From an uncultured Candidatus Saccharibacteria bacterium (lineage in GTDB: Bacteria; Patescibacteriota; Saccharimonadia; Saccharimonadales; CAZNVG01): DNA of 50,442 nucleotides. Shown piece by piece: positions 27,213 to 35,075 of the stretch (positions within the stretch are counted from its first letter, which is position 1; each line of letters begins with the position of its first letter). A model generated the notes under the pieces. That model had not been told where the DNA came from, did not search any database, and was given only the letters and a program-made list of their open reading frames with translations. The stretch covers positions 1 through 50,442 of the forward strand of contig CAYYKI010000003.1 in assembly GCA_964440975.1 (NCBI GenBank), given 5' to 3'. The position numbers were made by a program, and so were the translations under genes.

Positions 27213-28287
27213 TCATTTCTGGTGCAGGTTTTGCAACGAGCTGCGCGATAGCTTCAGCGGCTGCAATCTTATGCTCATCAGTAATCGCTGACACGTTATT
27301 ATCAAGGGCACCTCTAAATATTCCGGGAAATGCCAAGGCATTGTTAACCTGATTCGGGAAATCACTACGGCCGGTTGCCATCACCGCTACCCCGGCTTGC
27401 TTAGCAATATCGGGCATGATTTCTGGTACCGGATTAGCCATCGCAAACACAACTGGATCCTTAGCCATGCTTTGTACCATATCAACTGATAGCAAACCTG
27501 CTTTTGAGACGCCGATAAATATATCAGCACCTTTCAAAGCTTCTTGAAGTGTGCCAGATTTATGATCTTTGTTGGTAAAATTGAGCAGTTTTTTCTTTTC
27601 ATCATTCAAGTCTGTTCTTTCATTCGAAACGATACCCTTGCTATCAACAGCCAAAATATTCGGTTGCGCATATTTATGCAGTAACTTCATTATTGCCGTA
27701 CCTGCAGCCCCTGCACCAACCGTAACAATAGTACATTCCTGTAAGTTTTTGCCCGTTACTTTCATAGCGTTTATTAACCCAGCAAGTACAACAATTGCGG
27801 TACCGTGTTGGTCATCATGAAATACAGGTATATTTAGGCGTGCATTAAGCTGTTCCTCTATTTCAAAGCACTGTGGGGCGGCGATATCTTCTAGGTTAAT
27901 ACCGCCAAAACTCGGCGCAATTGCGGCCACAGTACTAACTATTTCGTCAACGCCATGTACATCGAGGATAATCGGTACAGCATCAACATTTGCAAAGTGC
28001 TTAAAGAGCATTGCCTTTCCCTCCATAACGGGCATCGCTCCGTATGGCCCAATATCCCCAAGTCCCAACACAGCCGAGCCGTCTGAAACAATTGCAACTA
28101 CATTATTTACCCACGAATAATCTCGCAACTGTTCAGGATGAGCAGCGGTATACTTCGAGATGGCAGCGACTCCAGGCGTATAGTAAGCACTCAGCTTTTC
28201 CTTGGTATCTGGAATGTCTCGCAAGCTTGTGGCTATCTTACCTTTATTTTTCCTGTGTAGTTCAAACGCCAGCTGATCGTAGTCCAT
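27145..28287 (-). CDS. NAD(P)-dependent malic enzyme (oxaloacetate-decarboxylating malate dehydrogenase), short form
   Basis: YTPGVA, SDGSAVLGLGDIGP...AMPVMEGK, GAGAAG. SD is AAGGAG. TATACT occurs on the minus strand at 28307-28312. Confidence 0.92.
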   Translation of the reverse strand: MDYDQLAFELHRKNKGKIATSLRDIPDTKEKLSAYYTPGVAAISKYTAAHPEQLRDYSWVNNVVAIVSDGSAVLGLGDIGPYGAMPVMEGKAMLFKHFANVDAVPIILDVHGVDEIVSTVAAIAPSFGGINLEDIAAPQCFEIEEQLNARLNIPVFHDDQHGTAIVVLAGLINAMKVTGKNLQECTIVTVGAGAAGTAIMKLLHKYAQPNILAVDSKGIVSNERTDLNDEKKKLLNFTNKDHKSGTLQEALKGADIFIGVSKAGLLSVDMVQSMAKDPVVFAMANPVPEIMPDIAKQAGVAVMATGRSDFPNQVNNALAFPGIFRGALDNNVSAITDEHKIAAAEAIAQLVAKPAPEMIIPSPMDDRLVPAVAAVFAPRA

Positions 28288-28340
28288 AAATGCTCCTTAT
28301 CTTGGTAGTATACGTGGCTACTGAGTTATACGCACCACCT

Positions 28341-28772
28341 TTATGCTAAGCGCCAGAGGAATAGTACAAATAGGCCGGCGTATACCGCTTCGTACGTCCA
28401 GCCATATGGCCGCTCACCCCACTGAACCCACGTATGAAACCTATATATCCACCACCGTGGCTTACCCGCCTTGTGATAGTGGATCCACAGAAAATCTGGC
28501 AAAGTTGCAAAGGCTGTACCAATCAGTAGACTAAACCACAATTCGGGCCACACACGGAGACCAACAAGCAAAATAGACACGCAAACTACGGCATCAATAC
28601 ATAGCAAGGCGAGAAACGTCTTTTTCCAAGGAGTAAAAGCCTGTATGCGTCCCATATGAGGTGTCGCATCGCATACGTAATGAGAGGCCAGTGCTATTGG
28701 CGCCACGGCTACTGGCTGCTTAACGGTTACTGCGATTATTGACCCGACGAGAACGTGATTAAAGCCGATCAT
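28341..28772 (-). CDS. Integral membrane protein (possibly a YdjM/DUF457-like metal-dependent hydrolase)
   Basis: Four predicted TM helices and a SHYVCDATPH motif. An extended -10 TGgTACGAT (complement of 28780-28788) lies 7 nt upstream of the ATG. Confidence 0.6.
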   Translation of the reverse strand: MIGFNHVLVGSIIAVTVKQPVAVAPIALASHYVCDATPHMGRIQAFTPWKKTFLALLCIDAVVCVSILLVGLRVWPELWFSLLIGTAFATLPDFLWIHYHKAGKPRWWIYRFHTWVQWGERPYGWTYEAVYAGLFVLFLWRLA

Positions 28773-28817
28773 GCTTGCTATCGTACCATGCTTTTATTAC
28801 GCTCCAGTGACTAAGAC

Positions 28818-28846
28818 TTGTAACAGATAAACTTCTCTGGTATTAT
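28818..28846 (+). promoter_or_regulatory. Sigma70-like promoter for rplS
   Basis: TTGTAA (28818-28823), 17-nt spacer ending in TGg, TATTAT (28841-28846). ATG 28858 follows 11 nt later. Confidence 0.5.
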
Positions 28847-28857
28847 TAATCCTCGTT

Positions 28858-29388
28858 ATGTCAGTAATAGCTCAAATCGAAGCCAAGTACCGTAAGCCAA
28901 AAGTTGTCGCAGTTCGTAGCGGCGACACTGTTCGCGTACATCAGCGAATTAAGGAAGGCAACAAGACTCGAGTTCAAATGTTCGAAGGTATGGTAATTCG
29001 TACCAAGCGAACCGGCTCAGTCACCAGCGCTATCGTTGTTAGACGCGTTGCTAGCGGTGTGGGTGTGGAAAAGAGCTACTTGCTTCATAGCCCATTAATT
29101 GAGAAGATTGAAGTGACCAAGCGAAGTAAGGTCCGACGAAACTACCTTAGCTACATGCGAGAACGTAGTGGTAAGTCGGCTCGACTGAGCGGGGTAGAAT
29201 TCGATCGTGACGCAGTGAATGATACATCTGTTGCTGAGGAGCAAACACCAGCTGTACCAGCAGAATCGGAAACACCAGCCGAATCCAAAATAGATGAAGC
29301 TGACAAATCCGAAAAGGTCACAGACAACGCAGACGCCAAGGCTGAGGAGCCAGTCGCAGAAGCAAAAGACGAGTCCACAAAAAAGTAG
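28858..29388 (+). CDS. rplS: 50S ribosomal protein L19 with a roughly 60-aa acidic C-terminal extension
   Basis: GDTVRVHQRIKEGNKTRVQMFEGMVI...VRRV..GVGVEK L19 core. The tail is rich in E/D/A/K. Confidence 0.93.
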   Translation: MSVIAQIEAKYRKPKVVAVRSGDTVRVHQRIKEGNKTRVQMFEGMVIRTKRTGSVTSAIVVRRVASGVGVEKSYLLHSPLIEKIEVTKRSKVRRNYLSYMRERSGKSARLSGVEFDRDAVNDTSVAEEQTPAVPAESETPAESKIDEADKSEKVTDNADAKAEEPVAEAKDESTKK

Positions 29389-29408
29389 TGGGATCCACCC
29401 TTTAAGCG

Positions 29409-29439
29409 CAAGCCTGATATTATAGGCTTGTGTTTTTTG
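29409..29439 (+). terminator. Rho-independent terminator after rplS
   Basis: 7-bp stem CAAGCCT/AGGCTTG with an 8-nt loop, followed by TGTTTTTT. Confidence 0.7.
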
Positions 29440-29497
29440 TATGGCAACGACCCACTACTAATGTGCCTCCGATGGCATCGTCAATAAGGTTAAAAGA

Positions 29498-30049
29498 ATG
29501 ATTGGCATTGATGAAGTTGGGCGCGGTGCATGGGCGGGCCCGTTGCTGGTCGCTGCCGTGCGTTTGCACAGTGAAATTCCGGGTCTAACTGACAGCAAGC
29601 TCCTCTCAATGGCAAATAGAGAGAAGCTCTGTCCTGTTATTCAAGCGCATGCCGATATAGGACTTGGCTGGTTGCGGGCGGAGGAAATTGACCGCATCGG
29701 GCTTGGGCAGGCACTCAAAGTTTGTGCCCAACAGGCAGCTGCTGCATTGCGCCCTCATAAAACCGAAGTGATTATCATAGATGGCTCCGTTGATCTCCTG
29801 GGTAACAACTCCATGGTACGAACTGCGCCTAAAGCAGAATTAAGCTACCCGGCGGTAGCGGCAGCTTCGATTGTTGCTAAAGTTTTTAGAGATAGATATA
29901 TGACAGCCTTACATTTCAAATATCCACAGTATGCGCTTGACAAGCACGTAGGCTACGGCACATCACTACACCTAACAGCCCTGCAGCAACATGGGCCATG
30001 CCATCTATTGCACCGCTTTAGCTTTAAGCCTATTTTAGGACTTCTATAA
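29498..30049 (+). CDS. rnhB: Ribonuclease HII
   Basis: IGIDEVGRGAWAGPL, DSK and the GYGT...H motifs. Confidence 0.9.
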   Translation: MIGIDEVGRGAWAGPLLVAAVRLHSEIPGLTDSKLLSMANREKLCPVIQAHADIGLGWLRAEEIDRIGLGQALKVCAQQAAAALRPHKTEVIIIDGSVDLLGNNSMVRTAPKAELSYPAVAAASIVAKVFRDRYMTALHFKYPQYALDKHVGYGTSLHLTALQQHGPCHLLHRFSFKPILGLL

Positions 30050-30122
30050 GCTACAAACTAACAAGCCCATGCTTGTAGGCCTGCTTTGAGCAGTTGTATC
30101 ATAGGCCAAACAAGGGGAACGC

Positions 30123-30614
30123 ATGCGAAGAACTTTAATCCGTACCGAACAGACTCAACCAGTTAGACCACCTATGGAAACGGCGCGTATTTCGGAGATT
30201 AGCGGTACGGCACCAATACAGCCAGAACGAGCTAGCGCCTCGGACGTAGGAATGTATTCCTGCGCAATTAGCGCCGCATTATTTGCAAACGGTGATTTCT
30301 TGTATTTACGCGACCGCAGTGATGTTTTTGCGTTGGTACTTGCTGGGTATCAAGGACTGTACTTTGGTGATGATGGTACCTTTACGGGATATGTCGCGTC
30401 TGAGCTACCACTTGATGACCACGAAGCGCTTGATCGCGTTACCGACTGCGTTGATAGGGCGGTGCGCGAGCTCAATCCAGCATACTGCGCAGAGTTTATC
30501 GGTAGTATTGGCGTAGACGAAGCGGGGGTACTATTAGAACATGCCACAAAGCAACGCCTCGATGTGCCACAATCAGACACCGTGAGCTGGGCGACAGGAA
30601 GCCTGCACACGTAG
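30123..30614 (+). CDS. Hypothetical protein (163 aa), no recognisable domain
   Basis: ORF with SD AAGGGGA 5 nt upstream. Inserted between rnhB and the yraN-family gene. Confidence 0.55.
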   Translation: MRRTLIRTEQTQPVRPPMETARISEISGTAPIQPERASASDVGMYSCAISAALFANGDFLYLRDRSDVFALVLAGYQGLYFGDDGTFTGYVASELPLDDHEALDRVTDCVDRAVRELNPAYCAEFIGSIGVDEAGVLLEHATKQRLDVPQSDTVSWATGSLHT

Positions 30615-30623
30615 CCAGCAACC

Positions 30624-30974
30624 ATGGGTGGGACAATATCGACAACCGACATTGGCAAACGTGCAGAAAAGGCCGCTGCGCGACAGTTACTAAAAAACGG
30701 CTACGCCGTGCATGCATTAAACTGGCGCACCAAGTGGTGTGAAATCGATATCGTCGCCAGCAGGAATGGCGTTATCTATTTAGTTGAAGTCAAGTATCGG
30801 TCAACTGCTAGTCAGGGGAGCGGCTTAGCGTATGTAACTGCCAAGAAGCAACGACAGATGCTTTTCGCCGCCGAGTTGTGGTGTGCGCAACACAACTGGC
30901 ATAGCGACTATGAATTGGCAGCCATTGAAGTTGGTGGCACAAAACACAGTGTCGGTGAACTAGTCATTATTTAG
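30624..30974 (+). CDS. YraN-family (UPF0102) endonuclease-like protein
   Basis: G..AE..A...L...GY.....W......EIDIVA......LVEVKYR pattern. Shows the usual synteny next to rnhB. Confidence 0.85.
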   Translation: MGGTISTTDIGKRAEKAAARQLLKNGYAVHALNWRTKWCEIDIVASRNGVIYLVEVKYRSTASQGSGLAYVTAKKQRQMLFAAELWCAQHNWHSDYELAAIEVGGTKHSVGELVII

Positions 30975-33549
30975 ATCCTCGGTCGTATTCTAATAAGAAC
31001 TTTTTAATTTTGGCCTCATCACGATCACGCCACGCGACCCGAGAAGCAATATCAGCCAGACCGATGAGAATATTTTTTTCGAGTGATTTCTTGCTTTTCA
31101 GTGGTTCAAAAAAGTCTGTGTATCGTTTCTGCCAGGCTTTTGTCGTAATAACTCCCGAGCAATAAACAGGCAAGAAGTCGTATGCCTTACTCTCACCGAG
31201 TGTCTTATCGAGCCAAGCATAATTATCAACCAAATGCTGCCAAGCAACTGATCGTATATGATGGTTGCGCATACCTATAGCTACCCATCGCATGATATCT
31301 TGATCACGAACAAAACCCTTTGGACCAACTGCTTTTTGTAGTATTTCTTTCCCGATTTCAGGACTCTTGGTACTGAGTAGAGCGCTTGTAATGTCTAGCT
31401 GAATGTCAGGACTAGCACCTTGGTATTGGTCAAGCAGGGCGAGAACATCTTCTTTGTTGCCATGCCGGGCAACCGTCGCCAGAATTGTACCACGCAGCTC
31501 AGCGTTAATATCATTCAGCGACTTCGCTAACTTGTAGCGATGTTTGGCTTCAGCAATAGCGCTCGCATCTTCACTACTTATCATAAACGAAAGTGCTGTA
31601 TGGCGTAGCTGCTTTGTATTAGCGTCGTCCGCATTTTGATCATCCCAACCGAGCTTTCGATACCAGCCCGTCGCAAGCTCCGCACGAATATTTCTCAGCA
31701 ACGCCTCGGCGGAGTCGTCACCTTCAGTCAGTTGATTTGCGGCCCCAATGGTACGAGAAATTAGCCCCCAAACACTGTCCCTGTCTTCGTTCTTAAGCTG
31801 CACGACCAATGCAAGAGGATCCACGAGCGAGCTATCCCCACGACGAGCTAGCAGCAACATGTCATTGAGTATGTTTATGCGTGACTCGGTAGGCATATTT
31901 CCATCCTGCATACGCCGAGCAAGGGCGTCTCGATGCTCCTGATTTACATATTGCGAAATATAATGCCCGCTTCCATATTGATTGAAGAGCACAAACTCAT
32001 CAGTTTTGCTTGACACTAGATCTGTTTGCTTCTTAAGCAGATGTCGGCTCAGTGGCCTATCAGTTAAGAGCGGGATTGGCCAAATCGACTCACTATCGTC
32101 TGCGTCTAAAACATAACGCTTTTGAGACAACTCTATGGTCTTGCCATCTTGCTTAACACGGAGGACTGGCAGGCCTGGCTTTACCAGCCATGGCGTCATA
32201 AGTGCCGAAATATCTTGGTCGGCAACCTGTGTCATAGCAGTCCACAAATCTTCGCGGGTAGTATTGCTGTATTGATGACGAGAAAAATATATCTGTAATG
32301 CTTTTGCAAAATCCTTGTCAGATATGAACTCTCTCAGCATCTTCAAGAGCCTACCACCCTTGGCATACACAATTCCGGGGTCAAATAGAGTCTCAAGCAA
32401 TGACACGTCAACTACCTTGACACCAACAGGCTGAATATCACTGTAGATATCTCTCGAAGTGGTTGAGAGCACATCAGATGCAGTATAGGATTCCCACTGC
32501 ATCCAATCAGGATGAATAACATCCAATGATAAATGTTCCATTAGGCTCGCAAAACTCTCATTCAGCCACAAATCATCCCACCATTTCATTGTCACCAAGT
32601 TGCCAAACCACTGGTGAGCAAGCTCGTGTGCGACAACCATAGAAACATATTGCTCTTGTGAAATAGAGCGGTTTTCCATATCAGCAAGCAAGGCAATTTC
32701 TCGGTAGGTAACAAGACCCCAATTTTCCATAGCACCGGCGTCAAAATCTGGCAAGGCGACTTGATCGAGTTTAGGAAGTGGGTATGGCGTACCATAGTAT
32801 TCTTCATAAAATTCAAGCAAAGAAACAGCCTCATCAACTGAGTACTGAAGCTGTTGTTTTGGTCGCGTAGTACTTGCCCAGCTCCTCACAGTAATGCCAC
32901 TATTCGTCTTCGCTTCGATACAGTGCATTTTTCCATATACAAATGCCACTAAGTACGTGCTCATTATTGGCGTTGTTTCAAAACGAACAATACGTCGTTC
33001 ATCCAGAATATCTTCCGATGCTACTGGCATATTACTGAGCGCCACCAAATCATCGCTATTCGCTACGTCCAAAGTCAGGGCCACGCTTGCCTTGGCAGCC
33101 GGCTCGTCTATGCATGGAAAAGCCTCTCGCGCATGATGACTTTCAAACTGTGTGCCTATAATCACATCTGTTTTGCCAGACTCGTCCTTTAGATAGCTAG
33201 GATAAATACCAACCATCGTTTTTGTGATCACTCCATGAAAATGCAATGTAATTGTGTATTCTCCTGGATATAGATTGTTCTCAGTATGCAGGCGAACTTC
33301 ATTAAATCTCTTTTGGTAGTTTATACGGGTAACTGGCATCTCGTGCTCTTGCTTGCGGTCATGCCGCACAATCTGCGCTTCATCAATAATCAAGTCCTTG
33401 GCATGCAAGGTGATACGTTTTGACGGCTTGAGTTTTTTTGCCGTAATTACAACTGACCCGCTGAAAGTAGTTGCATCGTCAGAAATCCGAAGTGTTAGAG
33501 CATAGTTTTCTGGCCGAAGTTGTTTACTGAGTAATCGTGGTGTTGCCAT
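30967..33549 (-). CDS. pepN: M1-family aminopeptidase N
   Basis: GAMENWGL exopeptidase motif and HELAHQWFGNLVT...WLNESFA zinc site. Length 860 aa. Confidence 0.93.
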   Translation of the reverse strand: MATPRLLSKQLRPENYALTLRISDDATTFSGSVVITAKKLKPSKRITLHAKDLIIDEAQIVRHDRKQEHEMPVTRINYQKRFNEVRLHTENNLYPGEYTITLHFHGVITKTMVGIYPSYLKDESGKTDVIIGTQFESHHAREAFPCIDEPAAKASVALTLDVANSDDLVALSNMPVASEDILDERRIVRFETTPIMSTYLVAFVYGKMHCIEAKTNSGITVRSWASTTRPKQQLQYSVDEAVSLLEFYEEYYGTPYPLPKLDQVALPDFDAGAMENWGLVTYREIALLADMENRSISQEQYVSMVVAHELAHQWFGNLVTMKWWDDLWLNESFASLMEHLSLDVIHPDWMQWESYTASDVLSTTSRDIYSDIQPVGVKVVDVSLLETLFDPGIVYAKGGRLLKMLREFISDKDFAKALQIYFSRHQYSNTTREDLWTAMTQVADQDISALMTPWLVKPGLPVLRVKQDGKTIELSQKRYVLDADDSESIWPIPLLTDRPLSRHLLKKQTDLVSSKTDEFVLFNQYGSGHYISQYVNQEHRDALARRMQDGNMPTESRINILNDMLLLARRGDSSLVDPLALVVQLKNEDRDSVWGLISRTIGAANQLTEGDDSAEALLRNIRAELATGWYRKLGWDDQNADDANTKQLRHTALSFMISSEDASAIAEAKHRYKLAKSLNDINAELRGTILATVARHGNKEDVLALLDQYQGASPDIQLDITSALLSTKSPEIGKEILQKAVGPKGFVRDQDIMRWVAIGMRNHHIRSVAWQHLVDNYAWLDKTLGESKAYDFLPVYCSGVITTKAWQKRYTDFFEPLKSKKSLEKNILIGLADIASRVAWRDRDEAKIKKFLLEYDRGSK

Positions 33550-33555
33550 CCAATA

Positions 33556-33564
33556 ATGTTACCA
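33556..33564 (-). promoter_or_regulatory. Extended -10 promoter for pepN
   Basis: Minus strand TGgTAACAT, 6 nt upstream of the ATG at 33549. Confidence 0.4.
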
Positions 33565-33611
33565 TGTGTAGCCGAATAGCTAGCTAGCATATGGCGAGAG
33601 AGCATTCCGTA

Positions 33612-33640
33612 TTGAGTATTACTCAAAAGCTTGCTATACT
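33612..33640 (+). promoter_or_regulatory. Sigma70-like promoter of the nusA leader
   Basis: TTGAGT (33612-33617), 17-nt spacer ending in TGc, TATACT (33635-33640). The palindrome GAGTAtTACTC (33614-33624) overlaps the -35. Confidence 0.5.
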
Positions 33641-33650
33641 ACCAGTGTTG

Positions 33651-33676
33651 TCCGGCCACAAGAGGTCGGATTTTTT
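33651..33676 (+). terminator. Intrinsic terminator/attenuator hairpin in the nusA leader
   Basis: 7-bp stem UCCGGCC/GGUCGGA (one G-U pair), 6-nt loop, then T6 (33671-33676). Lies about 4 nt after the predicted TSS and 48 nt before the nusA ATG. Confidence 0.5.
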
Positions 33677-33724
33677 AATAAGTAACTACCCCGTTATACG
33701 CAACTAAGAAAGGCTACAAACTAC

Positions 33725-34969
33725 ATGGATGTTGAAGTCAAACAACTAGTACTAGCAATAAAAACTATTGCCGAAGAAAAAAATTTGCCAGAAGAAACAG
33801 TCAAGGATGTGATCGAGCAGGCGCTTGCTGCAGCCTGGCGCAGAGACTTTGGGGACAGAGAACAAGAAGTTCGCGCAGAGCTAAACACGCAGAGCGGTGA
33901 TGTCACTATTTATGCCAGCATGGACGTCGTAGAAGTAGTCGGCGACCCAACTGCCGAGCTTACTGTCGAAGCGGCACAAAAAATTAAGAAGGGTGCTGTC
34001 GTCGGAGATGTTGTAGAAATGATCGAAAAACCAACCTCATTCGGTCGTGTTGCTGCCCAAACTGCACGTCAAGTAATTATCCAAAAGCTTAGAGAAGCCG
34101 AACGAGAAGTCGTCTTGAATCTGTTTGAAGATAAGATCGGGACTATCATCAATGCAAACGTACAGCGAGTAGAAGCACGTATTGTTCGTATCGATCTAGG
34201 TAAGGCCACCGGAATTATGCCTATGAGCGAGCAGATACCAGGCGAACGATACTACCCGGGTTCGCGTATTAAAGTTTACTTAAAGGACGTTGAGCGAGGT
34301 AACCGTGGCCCACAGCTGATTCTTTCGCGCGCCGCTGCCGAGCTAGTAAAGCTACTGTTCCAAAACGAAGTGCCAGAAATGGAAAGCGGTGCTGTAGAAA
34401 TCAAAGCCATAGCACGAGAAGCTGGTGTACGTACTAAACTTGCTGTTACGAGCAATGTCGCTGGCGTTGATCCGGTAGGAACATTTGTGGGTGGACATGG
34501 TACAAGAGTGCAAGCCGTAATGAGCGAAATTGGCGAGCAAGAAAAGATCGACATAATTGTATATGACGAAGATATCGCTACCTTCATTAAGAACGCGCTT
34601 TCACCGACTGAAGTGTCTAGCGTTGAACTTGACGAACCAAACAAGAAAGCAATTGTGCGCGTTCCCGAAGATCAGCTTTCGATAGCTATTGGGAAGAGTG
34701 GGCAAAACGTACGTCTAGCCAGCAAGTTAACTGGCTACGAATTGGATATCGCTTCCACTGGTGAAAAATCAGAATCTGCAGAAGCGGAGCCAGTCTATCA
34801 GGCACCGGCTCACATACCTGCACCTGCAAAACCACGGCTAAAACGAAAAGAAGACCTCGAGAGCAGCCTACTCAGCGCGATCAGTGAACATGGCGAAGAA
34901 GTTGATGAGTCAACCACGGCTAACGAAGAAAGCCAAAAAGCCGAGAAAAGCACCGATTCCGATAGCTAA
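33725..34969 (+). CDS. nusA: Transcription termination/antitermination factor NusA
   Basis: N-terminal domain, S1 domain and KH1/KH2 (IAIGKSGQNVRLASKLTG), with an acidic C-terminal tail. Confidence 0.94.
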   Translation: MDVEVKQLVLAIKTIAEEKNLPEETVKDVIEQALAAAWRRDFGDREQEVRAELNTQSGDVTIYASMDVVEVVGDPTAELTVEAAQKIKKGAVVGDVVEMIEKPTSFGRVAAQTARQVIIQKLREAEREVVLNLFEDKIGTIINANVQRVEARIVRIDLGKATGIMPMSEQIPGERYYPGSRIKVYLKDVERGNRGPQLILSRAAAELVKLLFQNEVPEMESGAVEIKAIAREAGVRTKLAVTSNVAGVDPVGTFVGGHGTRVQAVMSEIGEQEKIDIIVYDEDIATFIKNALSPTEVSSVELDEPNKKAIVRVPEDQLSIAIGKSGQNVRLASKLTGYELDIASTGEKSESAEAEPVYQAPAHIPAPAKPRLKRKEDLESSLLSAISEHGEEVDESTTANEESQKAEKSTDSDS

Positions 34970-34993
34970 ATAAGCGAGTGATATTTGTACCTT

Positions 34994-35020
34994 CTAGCAC
35001 TCTTGCATCCAGAGTGCTAG
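34994..35020 (+). promoter_or_regulatory. CIRCE-type inverted repeat (putative HrcA operator) overlapping the clpC promoter
   Basis: cTAGCACTC-N9-GAGTGCTAg versus consensus TTAGCACTC-N9-GAGTGCTAA. The arms form a perfect 10-bp inverted repeat. Confidence 0.6.
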
Positions 35021-35032
35021 TTGGCGTACAAT
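35003..35032 (+). promoter_or_regulatory. Sigma70-like promoter for clpC
   Basis: TTGCAT (35003-35008, inside the CIRCE spacer), 18-nt spacer, TACAAT (35027-35032). SD GAGG at 35064-35067. Confidence 0.45.
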
Positions 35033-35075
35033 AGTTTTACGACTAGGGTAAAAACAGGTCGACGAGGTACTAAAT

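Noticed and set aside
33591-33704. 37-codon ORF (MAREHSVLSITQ...) in the pepN-nusA intergenic region.
   Set aside because: It has no SD or leaderless-type promoter in front of it. It runs straight through the predicted nusA promoter and the terminator hairpin, and these explain the sequence better.
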